Source: Candidatus Oxydemutatoraceae bacterium
Lineage (GTDB): Bacteria > Pseudomonadota > Gammaproteobacteria > Poriferisulfidales > Oxydemutatoraceae
Assembly (NCBI GenBank): GCA_965219575.1
Contig: OZ244779.1
Location: 1,484,769 to 1,548,768 of the forward strand
Length of the DNA: 64,000 nucleotides
Direction: 5' to 3'
Of this stretch, positions 40,497 through 51,514 are shown piece by piece. The notes beneath the pieces are model-generated. The model saw nothing but the letters and a program-made list of their open reading frames with translations, searched no databases and was not told the DNA's origin. Numbering within the stretch: position 1 is the stretch's first letter; every line of letters starts with the position of its first letter. The translations under genes and the position numbers were made by a program.

Positions 40497-41512
40497 CGTT
40501 TTAATTGATATTTTTTGACTGCTTTTAAGTGCTCTGCATATGTTTTGGAAAAATGATGGCTCCCATCGCCTTTAGCGACAAAATATAGATAATCGCCATA
40601 TTCCGGGTGCATCACCGCAGTAATAGAGGAAAGGCCCGGCATCGCAATCGGTGTCGGAGGCAGTCCTTTACGCGTATAGCTATTGTATGGTTGGTCTTCC
40701 TTCAAGTCTCGCGAACGAAGATTGCCGTCGAAGCGCTCACCCAAACCGTAAATTATAGTAGGATCTGCCTGCAACAGCATATTTTTTTTAAGACGGCTAA
40801 TAAAAACCCCCGCTACTCTTGGACGTTCCTCTATTTTAGCGGCTTCTTTCTCTACTATCGATGCGAGGATTAACGCTTGATACGGTGAGGCTAAAGGCAG
40901 CTGTGGGTCTCTGGTTTGCCATGCTTCTGTCAATACAGTCTGCATTTTTTGATGGGCTTGTTTGAGTAGATCTATAGAATCGGTGCCGACAGTATAATAA
41001 TATGTATCGGGGAAAATCCAACCTTCGGGTGAAGACTGTGAGATACCTAGATGCAAGCTAATATCGGCATAATCCGTACTACTCGTATTGATATGAGGTA
41101 TCGCTTCCATTGCATCCAGTATCTGTTTCATTGTGTAACCTTCTATGATACTGAATTTTCTCTGCACAACTTCACCGGCAAACGCTTTGTCCAGGAATTG
41201 ATACAATTTCATATCCGGCTTTAGCAGGTATTCACCGGCTTGTATTTGCTCCAATCTCATCCCACCGATCTGTGCATAGAGCCTTATATACCAAGATAAC
41301 GGCACGATACTATCATGAGGTTTTAATAATTGCTTATCGTGCATGTCCGATAAGATATTCTGAAAGTTATCGCCTAATCGTATCGAAAAGTTGTAATCAT
41401 CGTTTATATTCATAGATTTTAGATATATCTGTCTCCTGAAATCATAACCCAAAATTGACACGATAAGCACACCGATAACCAATGTAATAATCGCAAGTCG
41501 TTTCCCTGTCAT
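40493..41512 (-). CDS. mltG: Endolytic transglycosylase MltG
   Basis: EGWIFPDTY, LASIVEKE, LQADPT, YNSY...GLPPTPI and YLYFVA. Start moved to the ATG at 41512, overlapping the pabC stop. Confidence 0.96.
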   Translation of the reverse strand: MTGKRLAIITLVIGVLIVSILGYDFRRQIYLKSMNINDDYNFSIRLGDNFQNILSDMHDKQLLKPHDSIVPLSWYIRLYAQIGGMRLEQIQAGEYLLKPDMKLYQFLDKAFAGEVVQRKFSIIEGYTMKQILDAMEAIPHINTSSTDYADISLHLGISQSSPEGWIFPDTYYYTVGTDSIDLLKQAHQKMQTVLTEAWQTRDPQLPLASPYQALILASIVEKEAAKIEERPRVAGVFISRLKKNMLLQADPTIIYGLGERFDGNLRSRDLKEDQPYNSYTRKGLPPTPIAMPGLSSITAVMHPEYGDYLYFVAKGDGSHHFSKTYAEHLKAVKKYQLKR

Positions 41513-42345
41513 AATGCAATACCTAATTCGGCAAATGCGAGCGGTTGTAATAATCGATGCACTATCCGTATGTCGAAATGGCAAGTCTCCAAGTTGCGTA
41601 CCGGCCAGATTCGTATTAAGGCGTTGCAAAAAAATAACCCATCCGCTTCTAATATCGCTTGTCTGTCTATTTCGGTCTCAACCACCGTGATGTGGTGTTC
41701 GTTGCATTGCTCGATAATCCATTCTCGCATCACACCTTGAACACCACAGTTGGCTAAGCACGGCGTTATTAATGCCGAGTCTTTTACAATAAACAGGTTG
41801 CTCATCGTCCCTTCTATCGCGTTATTTTGATAATCAAACATAATGCCCTCGTGATATTCATCTTGCCATTCCATTCTTGCGATCACCTGCTCCAGTCGGC
41901 ATAAATGTTTGATTCGAGCCAATCTCGGATTATGGGCCAACCGTTGCTCGCAAAAACATGCCGTAATCCCCTCTTTGTATAAAATTTCCGAAAATGTCCG
42001 TCTCTCCTGGAATTGTACGACTCGGCAAGGTTCATCCGAGTTTTGTATGCGATAGCCCAATGCCTTTGAACCTCTCGTAATAACAATTTTTATAACACCA
42101 CACGGCTTTGCCTGTTTTGATAATAGAAATACTTCTTTTTCCAGTTCAGATATATTCTCAAATATAATTCCTAAGCTATTACATCCCCTTAATAATCTAT
42201 GCAAATGCTTCTGCCATAGGCAAGGTTTCCCGTTAATAACCGATACGGTTTCAAAAATACCGTCGCCGTAAGCAAGGCCTCTATCGGTAATGGGTAGATA
42301 ATCGGTAGATTGACCGTTGACTAAAGCTGAGGCTATATTCGGCAA
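41509..42345 (-). CDS. pabC: Aminodeoxychorismate lyase
   Basis: DRGLAYGDGIFET, IKHL.RLEQV and EGTMSNLF; fabF-pabC-mltG synteny. Confidence 0.95.
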   Translation of the reverse strand: MPNIASALVNGQSTDYLPITDRGLAYGDGIFETVSVINGKPCLWQKHLHRLLRGCNSLGIIFENISELEKEVFLLSKQAKPCGVIKIVITRGSKALGYRIQNSDEPCRVVQFQERRTFSEILYKEGITACFCEQRLAHNPRLARIKHLCRLEQVIARMEWQDEYHEGIMFDYQNNAIEGTMSNLFIVKDSALITPCLANCGVQGVMREWIIEQCNEHHITVVETEIDRQAILEADGLFFCNALIRIWPVRNLETCHFDIRIVHRLLQPLAFAELGIAL

Positions 42346-42357
42346 GATTGGCTAGGT

Positions 42358-43599
42358 TTAGATTTTCCGAAATGCAAGCGATGCATTGGTTCCGCCGAAA
42401 CCGAAAGAATTGGATAATATGCAGTTAACCGCTGTTTCTCGGGCTTGTCCGGGAACATAGTCCAAATCGCATTCGGGATCGGGCGTTTCTATATTGATGG
42501 TCGGCGGCACTATCTGATCCCTCAATGTCAACACCGAAAACACCGCCTCTACACCTCCGGCCGCCCCCAGTAGATGACCGATCATCGATTTAACCGAACT
42601 GATTGCGATTTTGTTTGCATGTCCCTTAAAAACATTTTTGACTGCGTCGCTCTCTATTTTATCGCCTAGCGGTGTAGAGGTACCGTGTGCATTGAGACAA
42701 TCGACATCGTCGATATTCAGTGCGCCGTCTTTTAAGACATCGCGCATACAACGACCGGCTCCCTCGCCTTGCGGCGAGGGTTGGGTAATATGATAAGCAT
42801 CGCTCGATGCACTGTAGCCGATGAGTTCGCAATAGATATTCGCACCGCGGTTCACCGCATGTTCGTACTCCTCTAAGACGACGACACCGGCACCGTCACC
42901 CAATACAAAGCCGTCGCGGTTTAGATCCCACGGTCGGCTCGCTTTTTCCGGTGTGTCGTTGTGCGATGCGCTCAACGCGCGAGCCGCCGCAAACCCACCG
43001 ATACCTAGCGCAGTGCTCGCTTTCTCGCTGCCTCCGGCAATCATTACATCGGCACCGTCGGCAGCGATAATACGAGCAGCTTCACCGATATTGTGGGTTC
43101 CGGTCGCGCAAGCGGAAACTATCGAATAGTTGATTCCCTTAAAGCCGTATTTGATGGATAAGTTCCCGGATACCATATTGATAATACTCCCGGGAATAAA
43201 AAAGGGCGATAATTTAGCACTGCCTTTATCCTTCAATACATCGTGTTGTTTTTCAATCAAGGGCAAGCCGCCGATACCCGAACCGACCATGACACCAATG
43301 CGATGTGCCTCGGCTTCGTCGACAACGATACCGGAGTCGGCAATTGCCTGACTGCCGGCAGCGATACCGTAATGTATAAATTCATCGCATCGTCTCTGCT
43401 CTTTGGGAGATAAATAATCGTCGGCATTGAATCCTCTCACCAGACCGGCGATGCGCACCGAAATATCGGTATTTTCAAGTTCGGGGACTATGCAAATACC
43501 GCTCTCTCCCGCCAGTATCGCTTGCCAAGCACTCTCTATATCGCTCCCTAGAGGGCATACGATGCCGAGTCCGGTTACTACGGTTCTTCTACCTTTCAA
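42358..43599 (-). CDS. fabF: 3-oxoacyl-ACP synthase II
   Basis: SACATG, NAHGTST, KSMIGHLLGAAG and NSFGFGGTN. Confidence 0.98.
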   Translation of the reverse strand: MKGRRTVVTGLGIVCPLGSDIESAWQAILAGESGICIVPELENTDISVRIAGLVRGFNADDYLSPKEQRRCDEFIHYGIAAGSQAIADSGIVVDEAEAHRIGVMVGSGIGGLPLIEKQHDVLKDKGSAKLSPFFIPGSIINMVSGNLSIKYGFKGINYSIVSACATGTHNIGEAARIIAADGADVMIAGGSEKASTALGIGGFAAARALSASHNDTPEKASRPWDLNRDGFVLGDGAGVVVLEEYEHAVNRGANIYCELIGYSASSDAYHITQPSPQGEGAGRCMRDVLKDGALNIDDVDCLNAHGTSTPLGDKIESDAVKNVFKGHANKIAISSVKSMIGHLLGAAGGVEAVFSVLTLRDQIVPPTINIETPDPECDLDYVPGQARETAVNCILSNSFGFGGTNASLAFRKI

Positions 43600-43620
43600 G
43601 GTATCACTCCCGAATCTATA

Positions 43621-43854
43621 TCAAGAATTATTTTTGATATAGTCTATGGCCTGCTTGACCGTCGTGATTTTTTCGGCTTCTTCGTCCGGAATAGCACACT
43701 CGAATTCCTCTTCGAGTGCCATTACCAATTCAACGGTATCGAGCGAGTCTGCATTCAAATCGTTGACGAAAGAGGCATCGTCGGTCACCTTATCTTCGGT
43801 TACGCTGAGTTGTTCCGCTACAATTTTTCGGACTCTAGATTCTATATCTTCCAT
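43621..43854 (-). CDS. acpP: Acyl carrier protein
   Basis: [16 protein letters not shown]. Confidence 0.99.
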   Translation of the reverse strand: MEDIESRVRKIVAEQLSVTEDKVTDDASFVNDLNADSLDTVELVMALEEEFECAIPDEEAEKITTVKQAIDYIKNNS

Positions 43855-43887
43855 TATGTTCTCCTTTTAAGTTTGTAAAAAATAGTT

Positions 43888-44631
43888 TCAGGACATATAC
43901 ATGCCGCCGTTAATATGAATAGTCTCTCCGGTAATATATCCGGCATTTTCGGAAATTAAGAAGCGGGTTAAATATCCGATCTCGCTCGGCATGCCGAAAC
44001 GCCGCAAAGGGATAGTTTCCAGTAATCTAAGGCGTTGTTCCTCGGCAAGCGGTGCGGTCATATCGGTTTCTATAAAGCCGGGGGCGATATTGTTCACCGT
44101 GATGTTGCGAGGAGCCAACTCTCTCGCCAGGCTCTTGGTCAAACCCAGTGCACCGGCTTTTGCCGCAGCATAATTGGATTGTCCGGCATTTCCGGTGGCT
44201 GCGATCACCGAAGTGATATTGATAATCCTACCCCACTTTTTTTTCATCATCTGCTTGACAAAGGCTTTGCTGATTCTATAAAGCGAGGTTAAATTGGTAG
44301 TAATTACATCTTGCCAATCTTCGTATGTCATTCTAAGCAAAAGATTATCACGGGTAATGCCGGCGTTATTGACGATAATGTCCGGTAATTTATCTTGCTT
44401 TTTAAGATAGTCGGCTATTTGCTCGATCGAGTCGTGTTTGTCTACTCGTAATATCAAGCCCGCGCCTTTAACATCATTGCTTTTTAGTTTTTCCGATATG
44501 GCTGCGGCCCCTTTATCGCTGGTTGCGGTACCGTAAATCTCCAGCTTATCGATCATCAGGCTGTCTAAAATGGCAGCACCTATACCGCGTGAGGCACCGG
44601 TAATCAAAACGGTTTTAGAGGGCTCTATCAT
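43888..44631 (-). CDS. fabG: 3-oxoacyl-ACP reductase
   Basis: TGASRGIG, NNAGITRDNL, YAAAK and PGFIETDMT. Confidence 0.98.
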   Translation of the reverse strand: MIEPSKTVLITGASRGIGAAILDSLMIDKLEIYGTATSDKGAAAISEKLKSNDVKGAGLILRVDKHDSIEQIADYLKKQDKLPDIIVNNAGITRDNLLLRMTYEDWQDVITTNLTSLYRISKAFVKQMMKKKWGRIINITSVIAATGNAGQSNYAAAKAGALGLTKSLARELAPRNITVNNIAPGFIETDMTAPLAEEQRLRLLETIPLRRFGMPSEIGYLTRFLISENAGYITGETIHINGGMYMS

Positions 44632-45572
44632 GCTATAAATTCTTCCAGTGCGTAGTTGAGGCTCTTGATATCGTTAACACTATAAGTCGTAAAACTTTTA
44701 TCTATGCGCTTGATTAAAGACGATAGCACTCGTCCGGGACCTATTTCTACATAATGTTCTATACCGTTTGCCGAGATGTTCTGTATGGTATCGACCCACC
44801 TCACCGGCATGTATAACTGCTTAATCAATGCATCCAGTATATGCCGGGGACTGTCATGGGATTGCGCGTCGCAGTTATGGACAATCTTAACTTTGGGTGT
44901 TTTGATTTTCACTTTCTTAAGTTCTTCGGAGAATTTTTCCGCAACTTCTCTCATGACCGAGCAATGCGAAGCCACCTTGACCGGAAGTAAAATACATTTA
45001 CTGGCACCTTTGGATTTGGCTTCTTCGAGTGCTTTATTCACTTGCGCTTTTTTTCCTGCGATTACGGTTTGCAAAGGTGCATTAAAATTGACGGCTTCCA
45101 CCCTATCACATTCGGTAGATATTTTCTCACACAACTCAACGATTACATCCTTCTCCAAACCTATGATGGCTGCCATAGAACCTTTAGAGCCGAGCGGCGA
45201 GTTTTGCATAAATTCGGCTCGCTTCGAAACCAAATGTAATGCCGACTTAAACGATAAAGAATTACCACAAACCAAAGCACTGTATTCGCCTAAACTGTGC
45301 CCGGCCATTACCGTCGGCATATGGTTGGTGGAATTCGTCCAAATTCGCCATACCGCAACGCTGGCGGTTAGCATAATCGGTTGCGTATTGGTAGTGTGAT
45401 TCAACTCTTCGGCGGTTCCTTTAACAAGTAGTTTATAAAGATCGTGCGATAGTATATCGGACGCTTCCTTAAAAGTAGTCCGTACCTCTTTATACTTGGA
45501 GGCTAATTCTTTTAGCATGTTGATACTTTGAGAGCCCTGTCCCGGAAAGACAAAAGCGGTTTCAGCAGACAT
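44628..45572 (-). CDS. fabD: Malonyl CoA-ACP transacylase
   Basis: FPGQGSQ, GHSLGEY and EIGPG. Confidence 0.98.
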   Translation of the reverse strand: MSAETAFVFPGQGSQSINMLKELASKYKEVRTTFKEASDILSHDLYKLLVKGTAEELNHTTNTQPIMLTASVAVWRIWTNSTNHMPTVMAGHSLGEYSALVCGNSLSFKSALHLVSKRAEFMQNSPLGSKGSMAAIIGLEKDVIVELCEKISTECDRVEAVNFNAPLQTVIAGKKAQVNKALEEAKSKGASKCILLPVKVASHCSVMREVAEKFSEELKKVKIKTPKVKIVHNCDAQSHDSPRHILDALIKQLYMPVRWVDTIQNISANGIEHYVEIGPGRVLSSLIKRIDKSFTTYSVNDIKSLNYALEEFIA

Positions 45573-45673
45573 GTTTAAACTTCTCGAGTTTTTTCATATA
45601 GGTTTACGCAAAAATAATTTTCTATATAATATACGATTTATGTTTGTAGCAACCGAATTAAAATTTATAATTT

Positions 45674-45892
45674 ATGCCCAAGGAACAAATTTTTGAAATC
45701 GACGGCGTTGTCACAGAGGTACTGCCGAATACCGTTTTCAGGGTCAAACTTGAAAACGGACACATCGTCACCGCCCATATATCCGGTCGTATGCGCAAGC
45801 ATTATATACGCATATTAGCCGGCGATAAAGTAACAGTTGAGATGACACCCTACGACCTAACACGCGGTAGAATTATATACAGGGAAAAGTGA
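45674..45892 (+). CDS. infA: Translation initiation factor IF-1
   Basis: [14 protein letters not shown]...AHISGRMR...[10 protein letters not shown]. Confidence 0.99.
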   Translation: MPKEQIFEIDGVVTEVLPNTVFRVKLENGHIVTAHISGRMRKHYIRILAGDKVTVEMTPYDLTRGRIIYREK

Positions 45893-45897
45893 TGCTT

Positions 45898-48147
45898 TCA
45901 ACATTTGATCGGTTTCTTTTTGGGTGCTTTTATATCGAATAGTATCTCTTTCCCTTTCAGTGTATAAGATAATTCTCCACCTTTTTTTAATTTCCCGAAT
46001 AATATTTCGTCCGATATAGGCTTTTTGAGTTTATCCTCTATTAAGCGGTGTATAGGACGCGCACCCATCGTTTCGTTATACCCGTTATCGGCAAGCCATG
46101 CGCGTACTTTTTTATCTACGTCGAGCACGATGTTATGGCTCTCGAGTTGTGCTTGAAATTGGGTCAGGGCTTTGTCTACAACCGACAACACGATTTCCCT
46201 GTCCAATGAATTGAAGCGGACGATTGCACTCAGTCGGTTGCGAAATTCGGGGGTGAATACGCGGTTGATGGTTTCCATCCCGTCGAGTTTTCTGTCGCGT
46301 TCGGTAAAACCCATATTGCCTTGCATAATTTCGTCGGCACCGGCATTCGTAGTCATGATGATTATGGTGTTCCTAAAATCTATTTTGCGACCGTTGGTAT
46401 CGGTTAGCATACCGTAGTCCATCACTTGCAACAGTAAAGCCGAGACATCCGGATGTGCTTTCTCCATCTCATCGAGTAGTACGACCGCCTGAGGGTTTTT
46501 CAGTACGGAATCGGTGAGCAACCCGCCCTGGTCGTAGCCGACATAACCCGGCGGCGCGCCGATAAGTCTCGACACCGTATGCCTTTCCATGTATTCGGAC
46601 ATATCGAAGCGCAATAGCTTTTTGTCGAAATTTAATGCCAACTGTTTAGCGAGCTCGGTTTTGCCTACTCCGGTAGGTCCGGCAAATAAAAATGCACCTA
46701 TAGGTTTATCTTTTTCTTTCATACCGATACGAGATAATTTGATAGATGTCACTACTTGTTCCACGGCTTCGGACTGACCGAAAATGACCATCTTAAGGTT
46801 ACGCTCCAAGTTTTGTAATCCTTGCATATCGCCGGCCGATATACTCTTCGTGGGGATGCGTGCAATTTGGGCAATAATCTCTTCGATGTCTTTGGAGCGC
46901 ACCGATTTGCGCTCGTCGGCAACCGCCGATATTCGCGCCCGTGCACCGGCTTCGTCGACGACATCGATTGCTTTATCGGGTAATCGACGCTCGTGTATGT
47001 AGCGCGATGCGAGTTTGCTGGCCGTATCTAAACTCTGCTTGGAATAACGAACCTTATGGAAATCCTCAAAACCTTGTTTCAAGCCCAGCAGTATTTTGTA
47101 TGTCTCTTGAGTTGTGGGTTCCTTAACATCTATTTTTTGAAAACGGCGCGCCAGCGCATGATCTTTCTCGAATATATTACGGTATTCTTGATAGGTGGTA
47201 GAGCCTATACATTTGAAATGATTGGCCAGTAGCTGCGGTTTTATCAAGTTCGAAGCATCCAAAACACTACCGGAGGCGGAACCGGTACCGATTAGGGTAT
47301 GGATTTCATCTATGAAGAGTATCGCATGTTTTTCTTTCTCCAGTTGCTTAAATACCGTTTTTAAGCGTTTTTCAAAATCGCCTCGGTATTTGGTACCGGC
47401 AATCAAGCTCCCCAAATCCAGAGAAAATACGACCGCGTCCTGCAGTATCTTGGGTACTTTATTAGCCACTATTCTGGAGGCAAATCCTTCCGCCAACGCA
47501 GTCTTTCCGACACCTGCTTCACCCACATAAAGCGGGTTATTCTTGGATTTGCGGCACAGTATTTGTACAGTTCTCTCTATCTCGGTCTCGCGACCGATCA
47601 GCGGATCGATTTTACCCGCTTGTGCTTTTTTGTTTAAGTTCTCGGCATAATCTTCCAACGACGCCGCTTTTTGTGAAGTTTCGGTATCGTTCGCATATTC
47701 GTATTGAGAAATATCGTCTTTTCTTATGTTATGCGCTATGTAGTTGACGATATCCAATCTTTCTATATCGTAGTGAGATAGAAAATAAACCGATTGGGAT
47801 TCCTGTTCCTCGAACAACGCAGCTAATACATTTCTACCTTTGATTTTTTCTTCCACAGGCATCGCTTGATTGCGAAAAATAGCACGTTGCAAGGTACGTT
47901 GAAAGCCTAAGGTGGGACGCGTATCATCACCCTTGACATTGAATTTAGGTGTTGTTTTTTCTATATGTCCGATCAACTTCTGCGATAACTCTTCTAAATC
48001 GGCACCGCACGCTTCCAATACTTCGGCGGCATCGGGATTGTCTATCAACCCCCAGAGTAAATGCTCGGTTGTCACGTATTCATGACGGTGCGAACGAGCA
48101 AAATCAAATACACCGGCTAAAGTCTCTTCCAATTCTTTATCGAACAT
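45898..48147 (-). CDS. clpA: ATP-dependent Clp protease ATP-binding subunit ClpA
   Basis: GEAGVGKT and GPTGVGKT AAA modules, DMSEYMERH and downstream of clpS. Start taken at MFDKELE (48147). Confidence 0.98.
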   Translation of the reverse strand: MFDKELEETLAGVFDFARSHRHEYVTTEHLLWGLIDNPDAAEVLEACGADLEELSQKLIGHIEKTTPKFNVKGDDTRPTLGFQRTLQRAIFRNQAMPVEEKIKGRNVLAALFEEQESQSVYFLSHYDIERLDIVNYIAHNIRKDDISQYEYANDTETSQKAASLEDYAENLNKKAQAGKIDPLIGRETEIERTVQILCRKSKNNPLYVGEAGVGKTALAEGFASRIVANKVPKILQDAVVFSLDLGSLIAGTKYRGDFEKRLKTVFKQLEKEKHAILFIDEIHTLIGTGSASGSVLDASNLIKPQLLANHFKCIGSTTYQEYRNIFEKDHALARRFQKIDVKEPTTQETYKILLGLKQGFEDFHKVRYSKQSLDTASKLASRYIHERRLPDKAIDVVDEAGARARISAVADERKSVRSKDIEEIIAQIARIPTKSISAGDMQGLQNLERNLKMVIFGQSEAVEQVVTSIKLSRIGMKEKDKPIGAFLFAGPTGVGKTELAKQLALNFDKKLLRFDMSEYMERHTVSRLIGAPPGYVGYDQGGLLTDSVLKNPQAVVLLDEMEKAHPDVSALLLQVMDYGMLTDTNGRKIDFRNTIIIMTTNAGADEIMQGNMGFTERDRKLDGMETINRVFTPEFRNRLSAIVRFNSLDREIVLSVVDKALTQFQAQLESHNIVLDVDKKVRAWLADNGYNETMGARPIHRLIEDKLKKPISDEILFGKLKKGGELSYTLKGKEILFDIKAPKKKPIKC

Positions 48148-48497
48148 CAGTTCTCCTCCATAACACATAGCAAAGGATGTTTATGCTCTCTAGAGTATCT
48201 ATTCACATCGGCAACTTTAGTCTCCGCTATGTCTTTAGTATAAATACCGCATACACCTTTGCCGCGAGTGTGAATCTGCAACATCAAGCGCGTTGCATCC
48301 TCGGTATTCATCCTAAAAAAGTTAATCAATATATAAACCACAAACTCCATCGGTGTAAAATCATCGTTCAGTAATATCACTTTATAAAGAGGCGGTTGTT
48401 TAATTTTAAGTTTTCGTTTCCTTTTTGCAATAGTGCGAACTGTCTTTTCCTTTACCGAATTATCCGAAGTAGCTTGCGGATGTTTTATATAACCCAT
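48147..48497 (-). CDS. clpS: Clp protease adaptor ClpS
   Basis: [19 protein letters not shown]...CG and HPLLC. Confidence 0.98.
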   Translation of the reverse strand: MGYIKHPQATSDNSVKEKTVRTIAKRKRKLKIKQPPLYKVILLNDDFTPMEFVVYILINFFRMNTEDATRLMLQIHTRGKGVCGIYTKDIAETKVADVNRYSREHKHPLLCVMEEN

Positions 48498-48731
48498 TCA
48501 CCCTCCTATTATCACAATAAGAAATCTAGTTCCGTCGGTCGAATTAATTCTATCCATAACCGTATAAAATATACTCTACGATTTCCGATTATAAAGTGTA
48601 CACATCATCAAAATAAAGTTCAATATGGGGATAGAGATTTCGTGTATAGCTTCGGTTGACATATATAAGAAGTAAATGACTCTGCAATATTCGGTTCGTA
48701 ATTAGTATAGCATGACCTCAATATACGCAAT

Positions 48732-49829
48732 ATGAAAAATTTTATCGATACTAAAAAGATCATCGTCGGCTTATCGGGTGGTGTAGATTCGGCAGTGGGT
48801 GCCCTGCTTCTACAACAACAAGGTTGGTGTGTGGAAGCATTATTTATGAAAAATTGGGAAGAAGAAGACGACGAACACTGTGCGGCAGCGGAGGATTTGG
48901 TACAAGTACGACACATCACCGACATTCTAGACATACCCCTACATACCGTCAATTTCGCCGCCGAGTATTGGGACTCGGTATTCACTTATTTTCTAGACGA
49001 ATATCGCGCCGGACGCACACCCAACCCGGATATAGCATGTAATAAAGAAATCAAATTTAAGGCGTTCATAGACTATGCGCATACATTCGGTGCAACATAC
49101 ATTGCAATGGGACATTACGCCGAGGTGCAACATAACGATAATAATCATCGCTTGTTGCGAGCCAAGGATCAAAGCAAAGATCAGACTTATTTTCTTTATA
49201 CTCTAAGCCGAGAGCAGTTGTCCCACGCCATATTTCCTCTTGCAAACCTGCATAAGTCCGAGGTACGAAAAATCGCAAAACAACATAACTTCCCATGCCA
49301 CGATAGAAAAGACAGCACCGGTATTTGCTTTATAGGAGAACGCAATTTTGCTCGTTTCTTGGCTCGTTATATTCCTGCCGAAGCGGGTGACATTCTAGAT
49401 ACGGACGGCAATAGACTCGGCCGTCATAAAGGTTGCTGGCAGGCAACGATAGGTCAACGACACGGGTTGGGAATCGGTGGTGTTAAAGGCGGAAACGGCG
49501 GCGCGTGGTATGTAGTAGCCAAAGATACCGATCGTAATACATTGACCGTCGTGCAGAATAAAAATCACCCTTTATTATTCCGCTCCGAGATTGATATCGC
49601 CGATATCAATTGGATAAACGATGCGCCACAAGAAGACGAATGCTTGGAATGCAGAATACGGCACGGGCAGGTATTACAAAAGTGCCGAATACACTTCGGT
49701 GAAAATAAATCGTATCTATCGATACATTTCGAGCAACCACAACGCGCAGTTGCAACGGGGCAATCGGCAGTGCTTTACCGAGGGCGAGAATGCATAGGTG
49801 GCGGTATTATCTATAGAGCTAGGACATAA
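48732..49829 (+). CDS. mnmA: tRNA 2-thiouridine(34) synthase
   Basis: SGGVDS, TPNPDIACN, KDQTYFL, DSTGICFIG and GQSAV. Confidence 0.98.
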   Translation: MKNFIDTKKIIVGLSGGVDSAVGALLLQQQGWCVEALFMKNWEEEDDEHCAAAEDLVQVRHITDILDIPLHTVNFAAEYWDSVFTYFLDEYRAGRTPNPDIACNKEIKFKAFIDYAHTFGATYIAMGHYAEVQHNDNNHRLLRAKDQSKDQTYFLYTLSREQLSHAIFPLANLHKSEVRKIAKQHNFPCHDRKDSTGICFIGERNFARFLARYIPAEAGDILDTDGNRLGRHKGCWQATIGQRHGLGIGGVKGGNGGAWYVVAKDTDRNTLTVVQNKNHPLLFRSEIDIADINWINDAPQEDECLECRIRHGQVLQKCRIHFGENKSYLSIHFEQPQRAVATGQSAVLYRGRECIGGGIIYRART

Positions 49830-51150
49830 AGCCGGCCGGCATTTTGGCGAGTTTGGGAGACTTGCCGAGCTTTTTTGCCGCTTTTTGCATTTGTTGGTGT
49901 TGCTTTAAGACGCGGTTAATATCTTGTATCGCCGTCCCCGAACCTGCCGCAATCCGTTTTTTACGAGAACCGTTGAGACGCTCGGGGTGTTCGCGCTCGA
50001 AAGGTGTCATCGAATCGATTACTGCGACACTGGCTTTTAATTGAGTTTCTTGTGTTGCCGATTTAAGCATTGCATTTTTTCTCATTGCAGCCGGCAGTTT
50101 ATCCAGCATCGCCGAAACACCGCCCATATTTTTTATTTGCCCGATCTGATCTTTCACGTCGTTTAAGTCGAATTTGGCACGCCTCACCTTAGCGGCGAGT
50201 TTTTCGGCATCTTTTTTGTCGGTCTTTTGTTCGATGTCTTTGAGCAAGCTCTCTATCTCACCCAAGCCCAGAATACGCGCAGCAATGCGATCGGGATCGA
50301 AAATTTCCAGCTGATCTAATTTTTCTCCGGTACCTATTAATTTAATCGGTTTGCCGGTGACCATCTTGGCGGATAATGCGGCACCGCCGCGACTATCGCC
50401 GTCGGCTTTGGTCAATACAATGCCGGTTAACGGTATACGCTCGGAAAACGCCTTTGCCGAATTAACCGCGTCTTGTCCGCTCATACTATCTACTGCGAGT
50501 AAAACCTCGTTAGTCGGCACCGAGTCATGAATACGATGTATCTCATCCATCATTCCGGTATCTACATGCAATCGCCCGGCGGTATCGATGATCAAAACAT
50601 CGAATAATTCTCTGGAAGCTCTCTCGTATGCTTGTTTTGCGATTTCATCGGGTCGGAGTTCCGACGGTGTCGGATAGCACGATGCCTTAGTTTGTCGACA
50701 CAGCACTTTGAGTTGCTCGACCGCAGCCGGACGATGTACATCGCAACTGACCATCGCCACCATTTTTTTTTGTTTTTCTAAATGGCGCGCCAGTTTAACT
50801 GCAGTGGTTGTTTTACCCACACCTTGCAGACCTACCATCAATAGGGTTACAGGTGGTTTGGCTTTGAGTTTAAGTTCGATGTCGGAATCGGCGATTAAGG
50901 CGACAAGCTCGTCTTTGATCAGACGGGTTAATAATTGTCCGGGATTTATGTCTTTTTGGATACGAATATCAACCGCTTTGCTTCGTATCGCATCGCTGAA
51001 TTTATCTACGACAAAAAGTGCAACATCGGCTTCTATCAATGCCGTTTTAATCTCGGCCAAGGCATTGTCGATATGTTCGGCACTCAGATATTTGTAGCCT
51101 TGAAGGCGATTTACGATGGCACCGAATTGATTACTAAGTTGCTCAAACAT
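49819..51150 (-). CDS. ffh: Signal recognition particle protein
   Basis: GLQGVGKTT, DTAGR, TKADGDSRGGAALS, GTGEK and M-domain SRKKRIAAGSG. Confidence 0.98.
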   Translation of the reverse strand: MFEQLSNQFGAIVNRLQGYKYLSAEHIDNALAEIKTALIEADVALFVVDKFSDAIRSKAVDIRIQKDINPGQLLTRLIKDELVALIADSDIELKLKAKPPVTLLMVGLQGVGKTTTAVKLARHLEKQKKMVAMVSCDVHRPAAVEQLKVLCRQTKASCYPTPSELRPDEIAKQAYERASRELFDVLIIDTAGRLHVDTGMMDEIHRIHDSVPTNEVLLAVDSMSGQDAVNSAKAFSERIPLTGIVLTKADGDSRGGAALSAKMVTGKPIKLIGTGEKLDQLEIFDPDRIAARILGLGEIESLLKDIEQKTDKKDAEKLAAKVRRAKFDLNDVKDQIGQIKNMGGVSAMLDKLPAAMRKNAMLKSATQETQLKASVAVIDSMTPFEREHPERLNGSRKKRIAAGSGTAIQDINRVLKQHQQMQKAAKKLGKSPKLAKMPAGFMS

Positions 51151-51152
51151 GT

Positions 51153-51440
51153 GGGATTGTTGAAAAAGTATCCACGAACCGTAGGGGCGGACATCATAAC
51201 TGCCGATTGACCTACCGGCTCAATCGGCGGCCTTATCCTGCCCGTAACGCATCGGCCGTCACGATTTATGCATTCATCCATCCAATTTATGGAAACCAAA
51301 ACTAAATGGCGCAAGCGGTTACGGTTGTTCCGGACAGTACTTAAGGGTAGACATGCAAGTCTGCCCCTACAGGTGGTTTGCGTAATTGGGTGGCGTAAGC
51401 GGTTGGATTTTTGCGCTGCCAATACTTTTTCAACAGCTCC
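51153..51440 (+). mobile_element. Complete 288-bp REP-containing MITE (copy B)
   Basis: TIRs GGGATTGTTGAAAAAGTATC / AATACTTTTTCAACAGCTCC and 4-bp TSD ATGT (51149-51152 and 51441-51444). GTAG-REP starts at 51181 and an inverted REP ends CTAC at 51370. Confidence 0.9.
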
Positions 51441-51514
51441 ATGTGTGCCGCACCTACGGATTAAATCGGTGATTCTATTTTTCAATATTGCCATATCTTC
51501 CAACTTGAGGCATG

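Noticed and set aside
44776-45399. Long antisense ORFs, such as 207 aa opposite fabD and 180 aa opposite lpxD
   Set aside because: They are shadow frames of well-conserved genes with no recognisable motifs.
34240-51440. Inversion between MITE copies A and B to explain the separation of ypjD and ffh
   Set aside because: Each copy keeps its own matching TSD pair (ACTT/ACTT and ATGT/ATGT), which recombination between them would have scrambled.
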